Shown here piece by piece: positions 9,651-21,986 of a stretch of DNA of 64,000 nt. The stretch comes from Candidatus Cloacimonadota bacterium (GTDB taxonomy: Bacteria > Cloacimonadota > Cloacimonadia > Cloacimonadales > TCS61). A model generated the notes under the pieces. It searched no databases. It saw only the letters and a list, made by a program, of their open reading frames with translations, and had not been told where the DNA came from. Position numbers and translations under genes: made by a program. Where the stretch lies: positions 13,871-77,870 of the forward strand of contig JAUVLU010000003.1 of NCBI GenBank assembly GCA_030600585.1, in the 5' to 3' direction. The stretch's first letter is position 1, and every line of letters begins with the position of its first letter.

Positions 9651-10970
9651 TCATCTCTCCAGAATTATTACATTCTCAATATGGAAGGTATGAGGAAACA
9701 TATCAAAAGGCTGCATCTCTTTTGGTATAAAACCTTTTTCAATCATTATTTTCACATCTCTAACCTGCGTCATCGGGTCACAACTAATATAAATTATTTT
9801 CTTTATTTCAGGTGAAATGTTATCAATTATTCTTTGTTCAAGTCCTTTTCGCGGCGGATCAAAAATAATTGTATCAGCCTTATTGTTCTTAAATACTTTC
9901 GGCAAAGTTGTTTCTACATAACCTGCAACAAATTCACAGTTATCAATTTTATTAAGCTCCGCATTTTCTTTTGCGTCCTGCACAGCTTTTTTATTGCTTT
10001 CAATACCAATTATCTTCGCTGCTTTATCTGATAGAAAAAGTCCGATAGAACCAACACCGCAATATGCATCGATAACATGTGATCCTTCTGAAATAGATTG
10101 TTTAACAAATTCATACATTTTCTCAGCTTGCTTTGTATTTACCTGGAAAAAAGATTTATAACTAAGTTTGAACTTGATCTTCCCTATCTGTTCATAGATA
10201 AAATCACGTCCAAATAATATCTTCTCATCATCACCCAGAATAACGTTTGTTTTATCTGGATTAATATTTTGGATTATTCCAACAATATTCGGATAAGCTT
10301 CTAATAATATTCTCTCAAGTTGTTTAGAGAATGGTATTTTGCGGTTTCTTGTTACCAGAATAACGATGATCTCATTTGTTCCAATAGCATAACGTATGCC
10401 AATATGACGCGCATTCCCCGCATGATTTCTCTCATTGTAAACCTGCATTTTCGAGGCTTCTATATAGGATATTACTTTATCACAAATATCATCGAATAGT
10501 TGTGGTTGAAGACTACACTTTTTATGCGGTATTACATTATGCGATCTGCTCTCGAACATGCCGGTAATTGGCTTTCCATCTCTTTTTGCAATTGGGAAAA
10601 AACTTTTGTTGCGATATGGTTCTTTACCGGAAGCAATAATTTTATTGATCTTCTCTATCTCAACATTCTTGAAGATATCTTCAACTATTTCTTGCTTAAA
10701 TTTTAGTTGGTCATCGTAGGAAATGCAGAGCCAGTCACAGCCACCGCACTTTCCAAAAACTTCACAATCCGGCTGAATTCTTTGAGATGAGCTTTTAATG
10801 ATCTTTTCAATTTTTGCAAAACTTACCTGTCGTCTTGTGCTTATAACCAGCACATCAAGGACATCTCCGGGAACTGCATTAGAAACAAAAACCGGCTGTG
10901 AATTTTCAAAACCAAGTCCAAGCCCTTTATAAACCAGTTTTTCAATTTTAAGTTCTTTAATTATTCTCAT
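9651..10970 (-). CDS. rlmD: 23S rRNA (uracil-C5)-methyltransferase, RlmD/RumA family
   Basis: N-terminal TRAM, Fe-S motif CEVFGKCGGCDW, SFFQVN, DAYCGVG, DPPRKG, YISCDP, FDMFPHTFHIE. Confidence 0.92.
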   Translation of the reverse strand: MRIIKELKIEKLVYKGLGLGFENSQPVFVSNAVPGDVLDVLVISTRRQVSFAKIEKIIKSSSQRIQPDCEVFGKCGGCDWLCISYDDQLKFKQEIVEDIFKNVEIEKINKIIASGKEPYRNKSFFPIAKRDGKPITGMFESRSHNVIPHKKCSLQPQLFDDICDKVISYIEASKMQVYNERNHAGNARHIGIRYAIGTNEIIVILVTRNRKIPFSKQLERILLEAYPNIVGIIQNINPDKTNVILGDDEKILFGRDFIYEQIGKIKFKLSYKSFFQVNTKQAEKMYEFVKQSISEGSHVIDAYCGVGSIGLFLSDKAAKIIGIESNKKAVQDAKENAELNKIDNCEFVAGYVETTLPKVFKNNKADTIIFDPPRKGLEQRIIDNISPEIKKIIYISCDPMTQVRDVKIMIEKGFIPKEMQPFDMFPHTFHIENVIILER

Positions 10971-11683
10971 TTTATTCTTTTCTTAATTTTATAATATTTC
11001 AATTTCCAAACTACGACTATTGCTTCACGAACAATTTTCTTTGACATTTTAGATTGTCCAACTCGTCTATCGGTAAAGACAATTGAGAGTTCTTTAATTC
11101 TGAATTTCTTAACCCATGTTCGGAAATTCATCTCGATTTGGAATGAATATCCATCGGACAGGATGTCGTTCAAATTGATGCTTTCAAGCACTTCTCTTCT
11201 AAAACATTTGAATCCGCCGGTTGGATCATTTATTGGCATTCCCGTGATCAACTTAGCATATTGCGCCGCAAAGAAACTGAGGATAAGCCGCCGCAACGGC
11301 CAGTTTACAACATTAATACCTTTTAAATATCTTGAACCGATAACAAGATCGTTATGCTCCATTTCATTTAAGATTCTGGGAATATCATCAGGATCGTGTG
11401 AAAAGTCAGCATCCATCTCGAAGATATAATCGTATCCTTTTTGTATTGCATATTTGAAACCGGCAACATAAGCTGAGCCAAGCCCCATTTTTCCTTCACG
11501 TGTAATTAGATGAATCCGTTTGTTTTTCTTTTGTTTATTCTTCACTATATTGGAAGTTCCATCCGGTGAGTTGTCATCAACTATCAAAACATCTATGCTC
11601 TTATCCTGTTTGAGAGCTGCGTCAATAATTGCTGAAGCATTTTCAGCTTCATTATATGTGGGAATTATAACTAATGTTTTCAT
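10967..11683 (-). CDS. Polyprenol monophosphomannose synthase-like GT2 glycosyltransferase
   Basis: IIPTYNE, VDDNSPDGT, GLGSAY, MDADFSHDP, GYSFQIEM. Confidence 0.9.
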   Translation of the reverse strand: MKTLVIIPTYNEAENASAIIDAALKQDKSIDVLIVDDNSPDGTSNIVKNKQKKNKRIHLITREGKMGLGSAYVAGFKYAIQKGYDYIFEMDADFSHDPDDIPRILNEMEHNDLVIGSRYLKGINVVNWPLRRLILSFFAAQYAKLITGMPINDPTGGFKCFRREVLESINLNDILSDGYSFQIEMNFRTWVKKFRIKELSIVFTDRRVGQSKMSKKIVREAIVVVWKLKYYKIKKRIK

Positions 11684-12435
11684 TTTCTATCCAGATTATT
11701 TTTTAGTAATTGTGATTCAGGTACTTTTGTTTTTGGTTTTGCTGGAGTTCCCTGCCAGATCTTTTCTGCAGGAATATCTTTGGTTACAAGGCTTCCACCT
11801 GCTACCACTCCATCTTCGTTTATCGTTTTTCCGGGCAGTATAGTAGAATTTACACCAATGCGGCTGCCTTTTTTCATTATGATCCCTTTGAAATGATTAA
11901 AACGTTCTTTATCACGACCCATAAAATTATCATTGCTGGTAGCAACTGCCGGAGCTACAAAACAATAATCTTCTATCTCCGAATATGCCGTGATATAGCA
12001 ATTGGTCTCAAATTTACAGCGATTTCCAATATTCACAAAATTTTCTATAGTTACATTTCTGCCGATAATATTCAGATTTCCAATTGTAACATTTTCACGA
12101 ATTGTTGCCAGATCTGCGATCAGACAATTGTTTCCAATATCCGCTTGAACATAAATAATTACGTTCGCACCGATCTGACATTCATCACCAATCTTTGCAG
12201 GTTTCAAATTGGAATCCACTTTAAAAATACTGCGTGGTGAGCTGAGTGGTTGTTTTCCAATAATTGTATTATCATCAATACGTACATTATCGCCAATATC
12301 GCTTCCTTCGTGGATAACCACATTATGACCGATCATGCAATTTGTTCCAATTTTTACATTATCCAATATCACACAATTAAAACCGATCATGGTTCCCTTT
12401 TCTATTTGTGCTGATTCAGCTATATGCCGGTTCAT
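11680..12435 (-). CDS. Hexapeptide-repeat N-acetyltransferase (sugar-nucleotide type)
   Basis: Multiple [IV]GxNxxIG hexapeptide repeats; TSNDNF...GSRIGVNSTILPG...GTPAK tail. Confidence 0.85.
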   Translation of the reverse strand: MNRHIAESAQIEKGTMIGFNCVILDNVKIGTNCMIGHNVVIHEGSDIGDNVRIDDNTIIGKQPLSSPRSIFKVDSNLKPAKIGDECQIGANVIIYVQADIGNNCLIADLATIRENVTIGNLNIIGRNVTIENFVNIGNRCKFETNCYITAYSEIEDYCFVAPAVATSNDNFMGRDKERFNHFKGIIMKKGSRIGVNSTILPGKTINEDGVVAGGSLVTKDIPAEKIWQGTPAKPKTKVPESQLLKNNLDRK

Positions 12436-12511
12436 CAGTACCCCCAGTTTATATTGAAATCACATTTAAGATCGAAGCTTGTGAAGTAAAGTTTTTTTGT
12501 AATTAATTAAA

Positions 12512-12539
12512 AAAAGCCTGCAAAATTTTACAGGCTTTT
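12512..12539 (-). terminator. Rho-independent terminator after the GDH at 12563
   Basis: AAAAGCCTG-10nt-CAGGCTTTT hairpin giving a U tract on the minus strand. Confidence 0.75.
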
Positions 12540-12562
12540 ACATATTATATTCAGTTTCTAAT

Positions 12563-13897
12563 TTACACTATACCATGATCGAGCATTGCATTAGCAACTT
12601 TCATGAATCCGGCAATATTAGCACCTTTTACGTAATCTACAAAATCACCTTCGGTTCCGTATCTCACGCACTGTTCGTGAATATCTTTCATAATTTGGTG
12701 AAGCTTTTTATCAACTTCTGCACGTGTCCAATTGAAACGAAGACTGTTTTGAGACATTTCAAGTCCGCTTGTAGCAACGCCACCGGCATTAGCAGCTTTA
12801 CCCGGAGCATAAAGAATCTTAGCCTCTTGGAAAACTTCTACGGCTTCAGGTGTACATGGCATGTTCGCACCTTCAGAAACACAAGTACAGCCATTAGCAA
12901 TAAGCAGTTTTGCATCTTCTTCATCAAGTTCATTCTGAGTTGCGCAAGGAAGAGCAATGTCACATTTAATCTCCCAAGGATGTTTTCCTTCAAAGAAAGG
13001 AACATCAAATTCGTCAGCATAATCTTTTACTACGTCACGGTTTGAAGCTCTCATTTCTAACAAGAAATCAATTTTCTCACCTTTTATTCCATTTTTATCA
13101 TAAATGTAACCATCAGGACCGGAGATTGTAACAACTTTTCCACCTAATTCATCTACTTTTTGAACTACACCCCAGGCAACATTACCAAAACCTGAAACAG
13201 TTACGATCTTATCAGTGAAATTATCATCTTTAGTCTTTAACATTTCTTCTGCGAAATAAACATTTCCAAATCCGGTAGCTTCCGGTCTAATAAGACTTCC
13301 ACCCCAATTGATTCCTTTACCGGTAAGAACACCTGTAAATTCATTACGGAGTTTTTTATACATTCCAAAAAGGTAACCGATTTCACGACCGCCGACTCCA
13401 ATATCGCCTGCAGGAACATCTGTGTTAGGTCCAATATGACGATAAAGCTCAGCCATAAAATTCTGACAGAATCTCATAATTTCATTATTAGATTTTCCCT
13501 TAGGATCAAAATCTGATCCACCTTTACCACCACCCATTGGCAGAGTAGTAAGACTATTTTTAAAAATTTGCTCAAATCCCAAGAATTTAAGTATGCTAAG
13601 TGTTACACTTGGGTGAAAACGAAGACCACCTTTATAAGGTCCGATTGCACTATTGAATTCAATACGATAACCACGGTTAACATGAACTTCATCTTTGTCA
13701 TCTGTCCATGGAACTCTGAACATAATAGTTCTTTCCGGCTCAACTATCCTATCCATAATCTTGGCTTCTTTGAACTTGGGATTTGCTTCATAAATTTCCC
13801 ATACCGAATCGACAACTTCCGTAACAGCCTGAAGAAATTCAGGTTGTGCAGGATTTTTTACTGCAACTTGTTCGATGAACTTTTGCTTATCCATCAT
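12563..13897 (-). CDS. gdhB: Glutamate dehydrogenase, probably NAD-specific
   Basis: [26 protein letters not shown]; dinucleotide-binding region GFGNVAWG...SGPDG as in the NAD-GDH of Clostridium symbiosum. Confidence 0.88.
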   Translation of the reverse strand: MMDKQKFIEQVAVKNPAQPEFLQAVTEVVDSVWEIYEANPKFKEAKIMDRIVEPERTIMFRVPWTDDKDEVHVNRGYRIEFNSAIGPYKGGLRFHPSVTLSILKFLGFEQIFKNSLTTLPMGGGKGGSDFDPKGKSNNEIMRFCQNFMAELYRHIGPNTDVPAGDIGVGGREIGYLFGMYKKLRNEFTGVLTGKGINWGGSLIRPEATGFGNVYFAEEMLKTKDDNFTDKIVTVSGFGNVAWGVVQKVDELGGKVVTISGPDGYIYDKNGIKGEKIDFLLEMRASNRDVVKDYADEFDVPFFEGKHPWEIKCDIALPCATQNELDEEDAKLLIANGCTCVSEGANMPCTPEAVEVFQEAKILYAPGKAANAGGVATSGLEMSQNSLRFNWTRAEVDKKLHQIMKDIHEQCVRYGTEGDFVDYVKGANIAGFMKVANAMLDHGIV

Positions 13898-14017
13898 ATC
13901 CTCCGATTTTTTTATTGATTATGAGGACAAAAAGAAATTAGATTTTTTATTGTCAATCTTTGTAAAATATTTTTTTATTCTATTGTATTGTTTTACTCAG
14001 TAGGAAGTTATGGAAGC

Positions 14018-14045
14018 AAAAAAGCCTCCGATTAATCGAAGGCTT
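14018..14045 (-). terminator. Rho-independent terminator after the GDH at 14067
   Basis: AAAAAAGCC...GGCTT hairpin giving a U tract on the minus strand. Confidence 0.65.
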
Positions 14046-14066
14046 ACTTTCATTCATAAGATGTGT

Positions 14067-15422
<1,356 letters not shown>

Positions 15423-15504
15423 TCATCGACTATTTCTAATAATGTCGTAAAAATTTTAAACAATTCTATATGTCAAGCAATTCTATATATTTCTTTTATT
15501 CATA

Positions 15505-18480
15505 TTATTTTGATATCTTCGAAATCACTGCAATTCCCTTTTTGCCATCTATTTGTATATTAATCGGTTTTTGCAATTCAACATGAATTGCAAATTTCCC
15601 ACAATATTTTACAGGTAAAGATTTAAGCCATTGCCAATCTATAAAATCGGAATCTGATGAATGTGATATCGTAAAATATCCCACATTCATTGCGACTAAA
15701 TTATGAAAGAAGTGACTTCCCTGCGAGGCTTCAACAGTAAAATTTTCCTGACTTGCTTCTACAATTATTTTTGCTTTACTGATCTGTGCCCAACGTACTG
15801 GAACACCAAGAAATCTATCACTTGTTCCCCATCTTCCAGGTCCTAAAAGAATATATTCTCTATTATTTTTTTCAAGGTAATTATTTATCTTCTCTATTTC
15901 AGAAACAATTTCAAGAGTTTGAATATTATCAAATGTTTCAGGGTCAATGAACACGATATCTTTAATATTCTTGATCACTCCGTTACCCATTGCCATGGAA
16001 GTTGACAGCATCATATCTTCCCGTTTAATTTTATCCAATTTTATATTGATATTCTCTTTATTTACAGAAAGAGGTCGTATCTGCAACAAATAGAATGTTG
16101 GTAAATTATTGGTTTGATTACCATCAAGATTTATTGCAAATTCAATTTCAACAGGAACTCCACTGGCAATTTCTCCAATTTCCAGAATCCGTAATAAAAT
16201 ATCAGAAAGAGGAAATTTATTGTAATAAATGATATTTCGATAAGTAAACATGCGAGGACCTCGAACATAAGTGCCGTCGATGAATTGGAATCTTTCATAA
16301 TCCCAGACTGAAGTGATTTCTTTAAATACACTTTCTTTATGTGAAGTTCTGATCTTTCTCTTTTTTAAGAATTTATCTTCACAATTAATATCTTTTTCCT
16401 CATCTATAGAAAGATCTACTGCATAAAAATCTCTCTGATTATTTTCAACAATTCCTACTGGCTCAAGTAGATTAACTCTTGGATATTTAGGGCAATAACG
16501 AAAAGCTCGTTCACCATCTACAACTGCTTTTCCCAAACCGGCTGCTAATGCAACAATACCATCATCATGAAACATATCTTTTGGTGGATAGAAATTGTAT
16601 GATTGAGCTGCACCTGCAAAATGAGGATAAAAAAAATTCTCTGCATCTTTTGAACCTACGACTTCCTGAATTACTACCGCTATTTTTTCTTCTTCAATCT
16701 TATAATTAATACCTTCTATATATTTTCTGGCACTTCTTAAAAACGGTGAAGCCAATACTAGCTTAACAGCATCACAAAGTTGCCTTAGACGAATATCATC
16801 GTCGGAATTATTATTAGGAAGCATAAATGTTTTGTAAATTCCAGCAAAAGGTTGAGATTGAGAATCTTCCAACAAACCTGAAGATCTTATAGCCAATGGA
16901 ACTTTCACATTTTGGATTAGTGTTTTAAGTTTTGAAACTAAATCACAAGTTAATTTCCCATTAAGAAATAAATTATTAATTTCTTCATCACTTTTTTTTC
17001 TGAATTTACTTGAGATAACTTTGTTTTTTTCAATGAATAAATCAAATTCATTAGTGCCAATAATTGCAGTTTTGGGTAATTTTACATTAACATTATCAAA
17101 TTCTTCTCCAAAATCTATAGTTACCAAAAGAGCATTTAGAAATGCTAATCCCCTTCCCTTTCCGCCCATTGAACCATCTGCAAGTTGAATTATCTTATCT
17201 TCTTCGGTGAAGATCGTTGGATCGAATTTGACTACTTTCCCGCGGTTTTGCTGCTGTCTTACTTTCTTGATTGTTGTTAATAAATATTGTCTAATTTCTT
17301 CTGTAGAGCTAAAATCGGCATCAGTTTTGTCCTTAAGCTTTTTTGCAATCCCTAACTCACTGTGAGCCATCAACCACGATGAAAATTGATTTTTCTCAAA
17401 ATGATATAATATTGATTCTTCAGGAATTTTTTCTAACGTTTTTTCTAAATGATATAATGTTCTTGCTCTCGCTAACTCATTACCTTTTGCATCCCGAAAA
17501 ACAAACTCTCCAAATCCCAAATTGGTCTTGATAAATTCTTTGAGATCACGATAAAGGGAAGTTGAATATTTATATAGAAATTCTGCTTTTATCTTCTTTG
17601 CCAAATGAACATTATTTTCATCAGCTGATTGCAGCATCATAGGCATAGACGGATTTTCTTTTCTGATTATTTTCATCAGCTTTATTCCGCCCTCAATGTC
17701 AAAAGTATCATTAACTTTTAAATTTGCATTAGAAATTACACTAAGAATATTTTTCTTATACTTATTGTAGATTGAAATTGCGTCCTCATAATTATGAGCC
17801 ATCAACAGCTTTGGACGTGCACGCATTTTTAATCTTTTATTAATAACTTCTGCTTCAGAATCTATCAATTCCTGTGTTAACTGCATTTCTACAGAATACA
17901 TAAGAGGAAGAAAGGTTGAATAATAATCGATTGAACTTTCTATCAGAAGGATGATTCGAACATCACCTATTTTCGTATCGTTTTCAACATTTAAAAAATC
18001 TTCCATCAATTTGATCATTGCAACAAATAATTTTGAATCTCCATTCCAAATAAAAACTTCATTGAATGGCAGCAATATTTCAGGTTTTTGTTCAATAAGC
18101 TCAATATAAGATTTTTTATTCAGCAATAAAAGAACCGGTAGATCTGCATCAAACTCTCTTATCTTATTGCACCATTTGCCCGGAGTTTCAGTTCCAACCC
18201 GCATCATAATAATAACAGCATCAAACTTCTTTTCTGCTAAAACAGAATCTATGTCATCAGTGAATGAAATTGTGGTTATACGCGGAGCCATCATCAAGTT
18301 CAGTTGTTTGTATTCGCCATATATCTGCTCCGAAAGCCTGCTGTCCTGCTCTAAAACATAAGCATCAAATATACTTGATATAAGCAGGATCTCTTTGATC
18401 TCTTTCTGCATTAAATGATGAAAGATATCTTCACCAAATTTGAATTTATTGTAATATTTGTTTAGATCTTCTAATTTCAC
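15505..18480 (-). CDS. Receiver-like domains + PEP/pyruvate-binding (PPDK N-terminal, ATP-grasp) domain + His-swivel-like domain, copy 1
   Basis: GGKGRGL, AIRSSGLLED, PFAGIY, YLLQIRP, GPGRWG, SQGSHFFHNL; no C-terminal PEP-binding barrel. Confidence 0.82.
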   Translation of the reverse strand: MKLEDLNKYYNKFKFGEDIFHHLMQKEIKEILLISSIFDAYVLEQDSRLSEQIYGEYKQLNLMMAPRITTISFTDDIDSVLAEKKFDAVIIMMRVGTETPGKWCNKIREFDADLPVLLLLNKKSYIELIEQKPEILLPFNEVFIWNGDSKLFVAMIKLMEDFLNVENDTKIGDVRIILLIESSIDYYSTFLPLMYSVEMQLTQELIDSEAEVINKRLKMRARPKLLMAHNYEDAISIYNKYKKNILSVISNANLKVNDTFDIEGGIKLMKIIRKENPSMPMMLQSADENNVHLAKKIKAEFLYKYSTSLYRDLKEFIKTNLGFGEFVFRDAKGNELARARTLYHLEKTLEKIPEESILYHFEKNQFSSWLMAHSELGIAKKLKDKTDADFSSTEEIRQYLLTTIKKVRQQQNRGKVVKFDPTIFTEEDKIIQLADGSMGGKGRGLAFLNALLVTIDFGEEFDNVNVKLPKTAIIGTNEFDLFIEKNKVISSKFRKKSDEEINNLFLNGKLTCDLVSKLKTLIQNVKVPLAIRSSGLLEDSQSQPFAGIYKTFMLPNNNSDDDIRLRQLCDAVKLVLASPFLRSARKYIEGINYKIEEEKIAVVIQEVVGSKDAENFFYPHFAGAAQSYNFYPPKDMFHDDGIVALAAGLGKAVVDGERAFRYCPKYPRVNLLEPVGIVENNQRDFYAVDLSIDEEKDINCEDKFLKKRKIRTSHKESVFKEITSVWDYERFQFIDGTYVRGPRMFTYRNIIYYNKFPLSDILLRILEIGEIASGVPVEIEFAINLDGNQTNNLPTFYLLQIRPLSVNKENINIKLDKIKREDMMLSTSMAMGNGVIKNIKDIVFIDPETFDNIQTLEIVSEIEKINNYLEKNNREYILLGPGRWGTSDRFLGVPVRWAQISKAKIIVEASQENFTVEASQGSHFFHNLVAMNVGYFTISHSSDSDFIDWQWLKSLPVKYCGKFAIHVELQKPINIQIDGKKGIAVISKISK

Positions 18481-18497
18481 TGTTGCTCCACTTGAAA

Positions 18498-21464
18498 TTA
18501 ATTTTTATAAATAAAGGATACCCCATTTCTTCCATCCATTTTAATTACAGTCGGATCATCTGTTTGAATATGGATAAAATGTTTCGTTTTCTCTTCAATT
18601 GGTTGATTTTTTAACCATTCCCAATCAATAAAATCAGTATCTGAATTAAATGGAACAGTAAAGTATCCTGCGTTCATAGAGATAAGATTATGGAAGAAGT
18701 GTGTTCCTTGTGAAGCATCTACAATAAAATCTTTCATTCCTGTTTCAACGATTATTTTAGCTTTATTAATATCATGCCACTGAACCGGAATACCTAAAAA
18801 CCTGTCGCGTGATCCCCATCTTCCGGGACCAATTAATATATATTGTCGGTTCAGATCCTTCATTTTCTGGTTCAGATATGCAATTTCTTTTTGCATTTCA
18901 ATTGTTTTTAATTTATTAAATTTATCCGGATCGATAAATATAATATCATTAATATTAGAGATAATTCCATTACCCATTCCACTTGATGTATAAAGAAATA
19001 ATTGTTTCATATCAAGGCTGTCTGAGTCGATATATATATCATCTGTATTTATTGTTAGCGGTCTGATTTGAAGTACATAGAAAGTAGGTTTAATACCATT
19101 TTTCAGGTCTTTGTTAAGGTTTACAGCAAATTCAATCTCGATCGGAACTCCCATTGCATTTTCTCCAATTTCAAGAATATCCTCACAAACATTAGCAAGT
19201 GGGAAATAATTATTTTTAATAATATCAGCAAATGTTACGATCTTTGGTCCTTTCGCATCAGGTCCATCAACTAATCTGTCATTTTCAATATCCCAGGTTG
19301 AAATTAGATGATCCAGAGTTTTATGTTTCACTACATTCCTTATTTTTAATTTTGATATATCTCCTTTGTCATAATCAGTGACACAAAATTCCTGGTTTTT
19401 TATATCAATAGCATAGAGTTCTTTCTGTGATTCTCCTAATAACTCATTTTGAGAAAGAAGTTCCATCTTAGGATATTTTGGAGAAAAACGAAATGTTCTA
19501 TCACCTTCAACTATTGCTATTCCTAAACCAGCTGCCAAAGATACAATTCCATCGCTGTTCTTTAAATAAGACGTTGGATAAAAGTTGTATGACTGTCCTA
19601 CTCCCGAAAAATGCGGATAATAATAACCATCGAATTCGTTACCAACACATTCCTGAATTATCACAGCCATTTTCTCTTCTTCAAGTTTGTAATTTATGCT
19701 TTCCAGATAATTTCTTGCTGTTTGTAAAAATACTGAAGAGAATACTAACTTTATTGCATTACATATTTGTTTTAAGCGGATATTATCATCCTTATTATTA
19801 TTTGGAAGCATGAACGTTTCATAAATTCCAGCAAAAGGTTGTGATTGTGAATCTTCTAATAGTCCGGATGAACGGACAGCAATAGGGTAATCTACTTTTT
19901 CTATATATTGGCTAAGTATGTTAATTAATTCAGAAGAAAGTTCACAACTTACAAAAAACTTCTTTATCTCTGAATCATTTTTCCCAATCAACCACGAATC
20001 AATTTTATTATTTTCAAGAAATTGGTCATATTCACTAGTTCCAATAATAAAAGTTTTAGGAATTTTTATACTTACTTCTTTATATTTACTCTCAATATCC
20101 ATTGAAACAAAAAGGGAATTCAAAAATGCTAGTCCACGTCCTTTCCCGCCTAATGAGCCTTCAGCAAGTCTAATGATCCCTTCTTCAATATTTAAAGAGT
20201 TTATATCAAATTGAAGGATTTTACCTCGCGTTCGGGCATGTTTAACCTCTTTAAATATATCTATTATAGTCTTTCTGAATTTTTTTAAATCATCACCATT
20301 TTTAATATTAAGAGCTTTCAATCGTTTAGAAAATAGAAATTCGCTATGAGCGATCAACCAGGAAGAAAAATGATTGTGTTTACTATGGAAGATCAAAGAT
20401 TCATCTGATATAGTTATTAATTTTTCACCAAATGATTCCAGTGAATTTGCTCTATCAAGTTCATTACCGTTTTTATCCCTGAAGACGAAATCGCCAAAAC
20501 CTAAATTCCCCAAAATAAATTTCTGCAGATCATGTAGAAGAGTTTTAGAGTTTTTATTCAGGAAGCTAACGCCTAAATCTAAAGCATCCTTTTCATTTTC
20601 CAATTCGGAAGATTGTAGTAATATTGGACAATCAACATTGTGCATCTGCATATGCCGAATAAGTTTGATACCTGCTTTAGGGTGTATCTTTCCTTGATAA
20701 TTATATCTGATATCAGAAATTATTGCAATCACATATTCTTTATATTGTTCATAGGTACTTATAGCTTCTTCAAATGTGTGACACAGCAATACCTTGGGAC
20801 GACCACGCATACGAGATCTTTTATTGATATCATTTAGTTCTTCACTTATAAGCCGTTGTGTTTGTTTTAGGATCTCGGAGTAAAGTAGAGGATGGAACAT
20901 AGAATAATAATGAATGGAATCCTCTACCAATAATATAACCCTTACGTTTCCGATCTTAGTATCATTTTCTACATTCCATAAATCTTCTACATATTTGATC
21001 ATCGCAAGAAATATTTTGCTGTCACCATTCCAACTGAAAACATTATCAATATATTTCATTTCTTCACTTTCTTTATCTATCAGGCCGATATCATTAGAAA
21101 CATTAAGAAGAAGTAATATTGGTAGATCAGGAAATTTTTTCTTTATCTTTTTACTCAATTTAAATGGACTTATTTCACCGATTCGCATCATGGTTATAAC
21201 AAGATCAAAATCTCTATTTTTAAGAAGTTCAAGTGCCTGAGCACCTGTTGGCACACTTGTTATTCGTGGAGAAGTACTTAAATTAAGCTGCATATATTCA
21301 CCATGAATCTGTTCCGAAAGTCTTCCATCCTGTTCAAAAATATAAGCATCATAAAATGTAGAAACCAGCAATATTTCATTTACTTTTTTCTTCATCATTT
21401 CATGAAAATTATCTTCACCGAATTTAAACTTATTATAATAATAATTTAGTTCTTTAAGATCCAT
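18498..21464 (-). CDS. Receiver-like domains + PPDK N-terminal domain + His-swivel-like domain, copy 2 (paralogue)
   Basis: GGKGRGL, AVRSSGLLED, YVLQIRP, GPGRWG, SQGTHFFHNL; co-linear with copy 1 over its full length. Confidence 0.82.
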   Translation of the reverse strand: MDLKELNYYYNKFKFGEDNFHEMMKKKVNEILLVSTFYDAYIFEQDGRLSEQIHGEYMQLNLSTSPRITSVPTGAQALELLKNRDFDLVITMMRIGEISPFKLSKKIKKKFPDLPILLLLNVSNDIGLIDKESEEMKYIDNVFSWNGDSKIFLAMIKYVEDLWNVENDTKIGNVRVILLVEDSIHYYSMFHPLLYSEILKQTQRLISEELNDINKRSRMRGRPKVLLCHTFEEAISTYEQYKEYVIAIISDIRYNYQGKIHPKAGIKLIRHMQMHNVDCPILLQSSELENEKDALDLGVSFLNKNSKTLLHDLQKFILGNLGFGDFVFRDKNGNELDRANSLESFGEKLITISDESLIFHSKHNHFSSWLIAHSEFLFSKRLKALNIKNGDDLKKFRKTIIDIFKEVKHARTRGKILQFDINSLNIEEGIIRLAEGSLGGKGRGLAFLNSLFVSMDIESKYKEVSIKIPKTFIIGTSEYDQFLENNKIDSWLIGKNDSEIKKFFVSCELSSELINILSQYIEKVDYPIAVRSSGLLEDSQSQPFAGIYETFMLPNNNKDDNIRLKQICNAIKLVFSSVFLQTARNYLESINYKLEEEKMAVIIQECVGNEFDGYYYPHFSGVGQSYNFYPTSYLKNSDGIVSLAAGLGIAIVEGDRTFRFSPKYPKMELLSQNELLGESQKELYAIDIKNQEFCVTDYDKGDISKLKIRNVVKHKTLDHLISTWDIENDRLVDGPDAKGPKIVTFADIIKNNYFPLANVCEDILEIGENAMGVPIEIEFAVNLNKDLKNGIKPTFYVLQIRPLTINTDDIYIDSDSLDMKQLFLYTSSGMGNGIISNINDIIFIDPDKFNKLKTIEMQKEIAYLNQKMKDLNRQYILIGPGRWGSRDRFLGIPVQWHDINKAKIIVETGMKDFIVDASQGTHFFHNLISMNAGYFTVPFNSDTDFIDWEWLKNQPIEEKTKHFIHIQTDDPTVIKMDGRNGVSFIYKN

Positions 21465-21708
21465 ATAACCTCTAATTAATTTTTGATAAAAAATTTTTAT
21501 ATTTAAGTTCAGTCAAGTCATTATTAAGATAAATATTTAAAGTTTGTAAATATTTTCATTATTTATTAAAGAAATCGAATTTATTAATATTCTGTTATTG
21601 GATTACTATTACCTTTCACGCATCCTCCGAAAATTTTAGAAACAAAAATACTAACATATTGAAATAAAAGAAAATATTGTTGAAATATCTAAAATAAATA
21701 TTTTTCTA

Positions 21709-21856
21709 AGAAGCCCACGAATTTATTCGTGGGAACCAAAAACACACAGAAAAAGATAACGGTTTTAACCGTTTATAAAATATGATAGAAACCATTAAAA
21801 TGGTTAATATAAGCAGTTTTGGGTAATTATTACCACGAATAAATTCGTGGGCTTCT
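21709..21856. repeat. 148-bp element with perfect 24-bp terminal inverted repeats, each internally palindromic
   Basis: AGAAGCCCACGAATTTATTCGTGG at 21709-21732 and its reverse complement at 21833-21856. Confidence 0.85.
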
Positions 21857-21986
21857 AATAATTTGTTTTATTATTTTCAAAAACAAAACAACGAAAGTAA
21901 TTTTTTTCGGGGGATGTGTGACTACCACCTTTTTCTTGACATCATTTTTCAATTTTTAACATTAAATTTTTAAAAAGAGGATAAAT

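Noticed and set aside
15505-21464. Annotation as ppsA or ppdK
   Set aside because: The C-terminal PEP/pyruvate-binding barrel is absent and receiver-like domains are added.
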